DNA from: Mytilus edulis
Lineage: Eukaryota
Assembly: GCF_963676685.1 (NCBI RefSeq)
Contig: NC_092346.1
Span: 25,668,001 to 25,732,000, forward strand
Length of the DNA stretch: 64,000 nucleotides
Direction of reading: 5' to 3'
The notes beneath the pieces are model-generated. The model was given only the letters and a program-made list of their open reading frames with translations, was not told the origin of the DNA and ran no database searches. Below, one piece after another: positions 56,901 through 64,000 of the stretch. The position numbers were made by a program, and so were the translations under genes. Positions within the stretch are counted from its first letter, which is position 1; every line of letters starts with the position of its first letter.

Positions 56901-59244
56901 TAAACAAAACATTATTGCGTTGTCTGGTAAAGACTGTTCTATTGCATTTAATTTGTTTAAAAAATCTGTTGAGTCTTTGATATAGGTGGGGAAGTTTCGA
57001 ACATTCTCCAAAAGCTCGTTTTCGACTATTTCCGCGATTTTTTCTGTGGGATGGTACCGCCCATTAATAATTGTTCTTACTTGGTGATTGTTTTTGTGTA
57101 ATTTCGGATTGGCTTGTACCTTTCCGAAACATGTTCCTTTCGGTAAGAGATATTTTTTCATGTCTTTGTCTATTATTTCTCTTTTACATAAATTTTCTAT
57201 GAGTTTTTTTACTTTATTTTCATTTTTCTGTGTTAGATCCTTATCTATTGCTTTGTACGTATCGTTGTTATCTAATTCCTTTTCTACCTCTAATTTATAA
57301 TCTTCTGTATTCATTATTACAACTCCGGATGATTTGTCGCTTGGTCGTATCACGATGCTTGTATCATACAAAAGTTCCCGCATTGCTTTTTCTTCTTCAA
57401 TAGTTATATTCATTTTGAATTTTCGACTTAATCTACTTAAAATTTCATCTTTTATGGTTTGTATATACTCATCTAACCATATTTCTTTTCAAAGCCAGAA
57501 ATTAGTAGTGCTTTTGCTAATTAATATTCATAATATGTAAATGAGAATTGTACCACGTGATAATAGTTTGAACTGAACTGGCTTGGTATCATTAAAATTT
57601 TTAAATCACGGATATTATTAGTTGCCCGTCACTGAGTCCTTGTTTATAATCACTATGATATTTCCGGAAAGTTGTCAGGCGGTCAAAATCAAAACAATGA
57701 ACGCGAATTTAGTGATTTTTTCGCGTTTTCGTGAGTTGATTCTTCTTGAAATAGGTGCATTTAAACTTTACGTGGGAACCTAGAGTTCAATGACTACACA
57801 TACAAGGTTTGGACTGGCTTATTCTTTGGACATTCACGTTTCAAATTTCACCCCGGCAACCTACTTTTCTAATGACCTTGTTAGCAAATTTTCAAGTCAA
57901 AGTTTGTAAATTTGACGTGTCAGCCATTTTAGCCTGTATTTTATACTGCAATGTTAAAAGCCTCCCGCTTCGATTTTTAAAATAGCTCAGGAACCTTGAT
58001 TTTTGCAACAACAATCATCATGTTTCGTTTGAATGATGTATATTGTTGTGTATATTTATTTTCTGCCCCGGCAACCTGTTTATCACTTAATTTAAAGTAA
58101 AAAAAGACATTTTTTTTCAAAATTCCCTATCATTTCAATATAAATTCCGTGACCCGTATCCGATTTCTTTAGTATAATATTCAAATAAGCAAAGTGGCGA
58201 TGATTTCTGGATATGTCCTGGGGAGGGTGTGAACGTACTTGATTTTTTGAATTTAGTATATTCGTTTTGGTAATTTTCTTTTTCCTTGTTTTCATCGAAA
58301 AAATGTTCGCGAAGACGCATTCTTCTTCATGGCTTACAAAGATAAAGACAAACAGACAGATAATGGTACAAAAGTACGTCTTTTTGTGTTGTTACATTTG
58401 TTTGTTTCTAAAGTGATTAAGATGACAACATTAGTAAACATGGCATATATATCACGTTTTAAAAGCAAAATGTTAGCAGTTTGAATGGTCAAAAGCTTTG
58501 TTAAGATCGAATCTGTCAAATCAGACAACATATAAATTAAAGCGACAGTAGTTTAACGATTTTTGTTTTTATCTCGGTAATCGATTAAGAAAGACATATC
58601 AAAGTACAAATACAAAATAACGGAATCGCATGACCTCGAAAAGACAGGAACACAGTGCATCGACGATAAGTTATTCTTCTCTATGTTTTTACTTACAAGC
58701 TTCCATTAGGACCTAGCTGTCCTAATCCAGCTGCTACTGTTAGTCCTAATGCAGGAGCCCCAAAAATGAATACAAGAAGACGATAATCCCTGCATCCAAA
58801 GTCAAGTTTCTTCCGAAAATAGACTAAAACAAAAACATTAATTGCAACGATGCTGACTAATAAATTCTGAGCTGTGACAAATTCTGCCAGCAAAAATCCA
58901 TAGAATCCACAAAGATATTTTGGTGTTGGTAGTTCCTTTGTAAGAACTATATGCAAATGGTCAGAGAAATGTGAAATATTAAAAAGACCATCACATATTG
59001 CCATATAAACAGCAAATCGTTCGCATATTGTCCAATGAAAGAATGTTGATATGTGCTGATGATAAAATGAGTAGCTTATAACGGATATAACGCATATCAA
59101 GCTTAAGCATATACAAATTAGTGCTGGTACATGGATGCCGTAAAAGGTACCATTAGCTAGTCCATATACAGGTAAATCATAACCATCCTTTAGCTCTTTT
59201 GTTTCTGTGGTTACAGCAATGGTGGCACTAGATGAAACATTCAT
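53987..59244 (-). CDS. Seven-transmembrane receptor, paralogue B, 2 exons, 328 aa
   Basis: Exon 1 59244-58697 and exon 2 54425-53987; same intron position and phase as paralogue A; proteins highly similar. Confidence 0.8.
54485..55450. mobile_element. 441-bp Pol III (tRNA-promoter-like) structured repeat: one + partial unit (54485-54870) and 1.3 tandem - units (54871-55450)
   Basis: A box TGGTCGTGTGG at 54709-54719 and B box GTTCGAATC at 54777-54785, directly preceded by T7 (54691-54697). Period 441 (acgtcagtt at 54871 and 55312). The copies are nearly identical. Confidence 0.8.
55473..55514 (-). ncRNA. Minimal PLE-type hammerhead ribozyme relic in the element's 3' region
   Basis: Minus strand AUUCCA-aUGAAGA-A-GGCC-GUAAU-GGCC-GAAACGUA-UGGGAAU; C3 is replaced by A. 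Confidence 0.6.
55680..56150 (-). pseudogene. GIY-YIG endonuclease domain of the Penelope-like element
   Basis: GVVYAINCTKCEKVIYVGQTG...RM...VANHF...KEAFWIKK; the terminal LKTLEPEGLN lies in a shifted frame. Confidence 0.85.
56215..57413 (-). pseudogene. Reverse transcriptase domain of the Penelope-like element
   Basis: ORFs 57413-56544 and 56547-56215 with the YVDD catalytic motif, separated by a frameshift. Confidence 0.88.
57490..58215. mobile_element. ~726-bp insertion (probable non-autonomous DNA transposon) splitting the PLE ORF
   Basis: PLE peptide TFTPSPG | KEIWLDEYIQTIKDEI is interrupted here; imperfect TIRs CAAAGCCAGAA / TTCTGGATATG. Confidence 0.55.
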
Positions 59245-61820
59245 TATAGTTATTTTCTTATCTTCTACTTAAATATATTTAAACAACTTCATCTACTAAC
59301 GACCTTTTGAAAATTACTTCGTTTAACTAACCGATATATTTATATTGTTCCTGGTTTTTTTTATTAATGCTATGTAAATGTTTTTGTCAGATTTTTACTA
59401 TTGTCATGGTGTCCTTCAAGGATTTGTGTTTTTATTATAAATGCTTTTGATTTAAATCTTTTGTTTGTGTTATTGAACATAACTTATGTAATAAGCCGGA
59501 AATTATTTGTAAACTAGAAGACATTTGATCCAAACCTTTCCATGTGATCTTACAAAACAACTATTATACATTTTATCTTAAAGAAGATCAATTTTCAAAT
59601 AAGGAAATTTGACTTAAGGATGAAATTAGTTAAAATTAAAAAAAAAATCGGGAATTCAAATAATAAATGATACTATAAGTCAGAAGAAAATTATTTCATG
59701 AACAAATTAGCTTCAAATATTAATTGGTTATTTGAGCTTCTTTTCGAGATTTTGAATTTAAAAATGGTGGGAAAAAGGCTAACTCGGACTCTTACCTTAT
59801 ATTTGCATTAATGTAACTAAGGTCTCAAATCGATAGAAAAGAAATCTAGAATCTGCTTAAAAATGGTAAATGTCCTTTGATGATCTATTGATGTATTAGA
59901 TGAAAAGGCAAACTTTTGTTATTGGGCAAACTATTTGATAAAAACTGCCATATTCCTAACAGTATATTAAAAAAAAAAATCAAGAAGATCAAAGAACCCA
60001 GATTATCCAATTTCACATGCTTCTCTTTTTTTTTTTATTGTTTTATGAATAAATCCTCCAGAACTAGAAATTTAAGAAACAAACACGACTTCCTCTACCT
60101 TGATTTTAGACTTATAACTCGAATCTGACATAAGCGCATCTCAGGACAAGAATCAAGGATAAACGAGACTATTTTAATTTTGAAATTATCAATTTACCCT
60201 ACCTTCGAAGCAATTTAGCATCTTGGGATACCTGCAAACTGGATAAACATTTCCCCGACTCATTTGGTATTCAAGAGCATGCAGCTGTTACTCAGTCTTT
60301 GTAAAACGTCACTAGTGTCTGAGTAGAAAGTTGATGCACCAGGGTTATGTCAAGGAACATCTTGTCCTTTTTCTAAATTTAAAAAGATATCATTACATTG
60401 TACCTTGTTCATAGATATTCCATATCAACTTCACTAATAATACACAATGTTCTTAAAGAACAGATTTAAGTTACTGACATTGTTTATCATCTTAATAAAT
60501 AATTGTAGTGTTCGTTTATTTGTCCATTATTACTTTTACGTTTTAGTCTATTTGTGACCAGTATTTGTTTACGCTTAATCGTTTTGTGACTATTGACCAG
60601 AGCTGTATACTACTGCTGCCTTTTTTTGGTTATATCCATTTATTCATCCCGTTATTGTAGTATTGTACTATAGTGATTTTTTGTATTATTGTCTTTCACT
60701 TCTGCTTATGTGTTTTTTTCATTATGGCTTTGTTGTTTTTCTTTACTGATATTTGAGTTTGTTTTTATGGTAATCAAGATTATAACACAATGTTGGTCTC
60801 TTTTTTTGACATTTTTACCTATTATGTACGTTTGTTTTGTTAACACATTGTTGTCAATATTTTGGAATTAATTTTATACGACTGTCATACAAGAAGTGAG
60901 AGGTAAGGCTAGCTATAAAACCAGTTTTAATCCACCATTTTCTACATAATAAAATGCCGGTTCCAAGTCATGAAAACGACATTATCCATTCGATTGATGT
61001 GTTTGATTTTGCCATTTAGGAACTTTTAGGTTTTTTTTCACTTTTTTTTTAATTGGTTTATGGCTAGTCAAACCTCCTGTCTATATAGCGAAGAAGAAAA
61101 ACCCGCTTAAACGACAACACTGCGTGACAGAACTACAGTACAAACAAACGCAAGAACACTCAGCACAATTGAATACATACATAAATAATATATTTGTACA
61201 TTACAACACCTATTTGAATTAACGACAACACAGGACACACTGAACTGCGTGTCACATAAATGGACCAACACAAAAAGTGACATATTTTTGTGACGTATAT
61301 ATTATCATAGGTAATCTTGAAATAGACAACGAGATTTAAAAATACACAATTTTTTTACAAATCTAGTCCTAGATATCATGATAATGACTGTCTTGAAAGG
61401 CTTTTTTTTTTATTAATGCTGTAATGACGTCATAATTATTTAGACTTAAACACTACGTTATCCATGGAAAGTTGAAATAAACTCGACTATACTGACAAAA
61501 ACGACATAAGTAAAATGTACCAATAAAAACTGAATTCAAGACAGGTGGGCTAAAAATGCTTTATGACCAGATATACTAGCAACGAGTGAGAGAATAAATC
61601 AAACATAATTAGAATATTGTTCTCAGTGATTTTTCAATAAACTTGGTAAAAAATTCAAATGATATATTGTATTGCTAATGAAACGGTCCAGTTATTGTTT
61701 ATTTCCGTAACTATAATTACATGCTATTACTAGTAGCTTACAAAGCAAATAGTTCCATTAGAAAATAATATCGAATTTTTAAAATCTGTTACTATCATTA
61801 AAATGAAATTTAATCAGATA

Positions 61821-61826
61821 TATAAA
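61821..61826 (+). promoter_or_regulatory. Putative TATA box of the C-type lectin gene
   Basis: TATAAA 58 nt upstream of the ATG at 61879. Confidence 0.4.
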
Positions 61827-61878
61827 TACATAATATTGACTGTTTGAAAATATCCACAAATTTAGCACGACATTTGCA

Positions 61879-64000
61879 ATGTATTGTTTGTTTGTTCTAT
61901 TTGGACTTGTTTTGGTTTATTGTTATGCTGGTATGGTTACATTTTGTGGTTGTTTATTTTTCTATAAATAATACACACAATTTATTCAGAAATATTGCGA
62001 TTTGTATTTATCTTCTCCGATGATTATTACACAACTAACAAATATATATATTTACCAATACATTTGGTAAAGGATAATCGCTAGTCAGTTAAAAATATTA
62101 TTTATTTCAGAATTATATAATGTTTAAAGTCGTTACGATGTCATAAATCGTGTTTTTACATAATGGATGTCGCAAAGTATATTTTATGAAATGTATGGGA
62201 AGAACTTGGTGAAATTGGACAGGTGGATAAAAATATAGTAGAAATATTGGAATTGCTAAGTATTTTACGAGTGATTTTATGACAAATTTCGTTTGCATAA
62301 CATAGAAATAAATCAACAGATGTTAGACAAACCAACCTGAATACGATATAGCAATATATATATGCATCAAAGCATGCAATTTTTTTTTTTACCACCGGTT
62401 GGTTAGTCTATCCTTTTTACCATCAATATTTTAACTTCTGCATCCAGGGTTTGTTTAGGTAAAACGTTCTTTACTTTATCTTTACAGATGAATGCAGTTA
62501 TCCATACCGACGAGTTGGTAAAGGATGTTATCTTATACAAAAAGATAAAGTATACGGTGATGCTGCTTTTGTAAGTTATTTAATATAGAAATCGTCATAT
62601 TGTACAAACTCATCAAATTAATACAAAGGGTTGAGATAGTGACATCGAAAATTTTATGAAGATGGGTTTCTGCTAAGCGAGGTGTATCATATTATTACCA
62701 GCTATCAATTGATTGTTGATCACACGCGCTAATTTGATTTACTTGGTTTTAGTCAATTACCGTGGTGACAGCGTGTTTTTACCTTACAAAAACGCCGTCT
62801 TTCGAAAAAAATAAAATGGGATGATTCTAATTACAACTCTTGAGTGATCGAGTATGACTACTAAAACGTGAACCAAAAGTAATGTGAAATGTGAAAAAAT
62901 CATTAAGAATTAATAGATAGTCAAAGGGCGCACACGTGAAACCTGTCTTACCCTAATATTTTGTTTGCCCATACCAAGTCAGAAGTTATGCTGTCTTGAC
63001 CAATTGGTACTCGTTGTCGATACATTGTTTGTATGATTGTTTTTGTATAAGAGCAGTCGGAGTTTGGTGTTTGATGAGGTCTTACACCTACAACTCACAT
63101 GTGTGTCTGTGTGGAAACATGTTACTGTCTTCCAGAGTATATACATATGTTATCAAAGGTACCAGGCTTATAATTTAATACGCCAGACGTGCTTTTCGTC
63201 TACATAAGTCTCATCAGTGACGCTCAGATCAAAATAATAAGAAAGCAAAACAAGTACAAAGTTGAAGAGCATATATAGTTTTTGCACTTTTGTTTTATAA
63301 TTAAAATAATTTATATGTATAGTATTTACTGTTTTTGACGTTTTTTATGCTTTAAGGCAAAATGCCTACGACGAGGTGCATACCTGGCAAACTTTGAAAC
63401 TCTAAATGAAGCTATGTTGATGAAGTACGAACTTTTAAAAATGAACACAGGTAATTTTTTTTTATAACTTGTTTTAGACGTGAAATCAGTATCTTTCGAG
63501 ACACACTTTATACTGTACAAGAACTATGGTAGGTATAGGTAAAGAACCATAAATTATGTACAGTCCAAAAGAAAAAACACAAAGGTAAAAAGAAATCTTA
63601 ACAAAATCGTTCCTACGCTATATTGTAACGTCATAAACAAGTTTGAATATTTGTGAAATTTTTATTAAAACAATTAATGCTTGAAAACTTAAGAACATTT
63701 GTTGGAAGTGTTTTTGAAAAAAATTACTACAGGAAAATTTATTCAACAATTCTTAATTGATTTAAGTTGAGATGTCTTAAGAATATTAATACGAAATTGG
63801 CACATTTTCAGAGAATGACAAGCTTGTTCTTCAGACATTAGCTTTCAGGTACAAAGCACATCCCACAGTATGTACTTTCTGTACAATTTAGTTTTATTTC
63901 TATTTCCCAGGTGTGCATTATTATGTCGGTGGACGCAACATCAATAGGTACAAGACCGGTGGTGATTGGAGATGGATAAAAAAGGACGGAGAAATGGTCA
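61879..64000 (+). CDS. Secreted C-type lectin domain protein (perlucin-like), 3' end beyond the window
   Basis: Exons 61879-61930 (signal peptide MYCLFVLFGLVLVYCYA), 62488-62570 (DECSYPYRRVGKGCYLIQKDKVYGDAAF), 63357-63450 (AKCLRRGAYLANFETLNEA...) and 63911->64000 (GVHYYVGGRN...GDWRWIKKDG). GT-AG with consistent phases 1, 0, 1. Confidence 0.8.
63149..63272 (-). mobile_element. Retrozyme subfamily-2 fragment with a degenerate hammerhead (63181-63222) in a lectin intron
   Basis: Minus strand CGTCA-CTGATGA-GAC-TTATGTA-GAC-GAAAA-GCAC-GTC-TGGCG; stems II and III are mismatched. Confidence 0.75.

Larger units (their letters stand above)
55452..58330 (-). mobile_element. Penelope-like retroelement, Neptune-type (RT + Cys linker + C-terminal GIY-YIG), disrupted, in the GPCR-B intron
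   Basis: IRPSDKSSGVVIM, NPKLHK, YIKDSTDFL, LDVTKLYPSV, GTAIGS..GMNYA, RYVDDIWGIW, FLDV, LYTKSTD; CGPCGKHCALC linker; VVYAINC..C..IYVGQTG; E..WI. Frameshifts, an internal deletion and an insertion are present. Confidence 0.9.

Overview
AT-rich, intron-containing animal genomic DNA. The gene content and repeat families point to a bivalve mollusc, probably Mytilus-like (inference). Host genes reconstructed by hand from GT-AG splice sites: a decayed last exon of an IFI44-like gene; an intact 6-exon IFI44L-like gene (TLDc + P-loop, ~482 aa) with a C-terminal hydrophobic tail; a 5-exon senju/SLC35A-type nucleotide-sugar transporter (338 aa); two tandem-duplicated 2-exon 7TM receptors on the minus strand; and a secreted C-type lectin running off the right edge. 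The rest is a dense mobilome with four main items. (1) Many copies of a type-I hammerhead-ribozyme retrozyme, including a head-to-tail dimer and two copies with intact cores. (2) A 6.4-kb element with perfect split direct repeats (A1...B1-A2...B2, Ngaro/PAT-type) carrying only an SGNH hydrolase and a Zn-finger gag, with no RT or tyrosine recombinase. (3) Two different Penelope-like elements (Naiad-like and Neptune-like). (4) A 441-nt, highly base-paired unit with Pol III A/B boxes, concatenated head-to-tail at its own oligo-T terminator and stacked with the Neptune-like element in a (TA)n site; this is the most unusual feature. A LINE fragment, several MITEs and tandem repeats fill the remainder. 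All alignments and folds were done by eye; none were computed.
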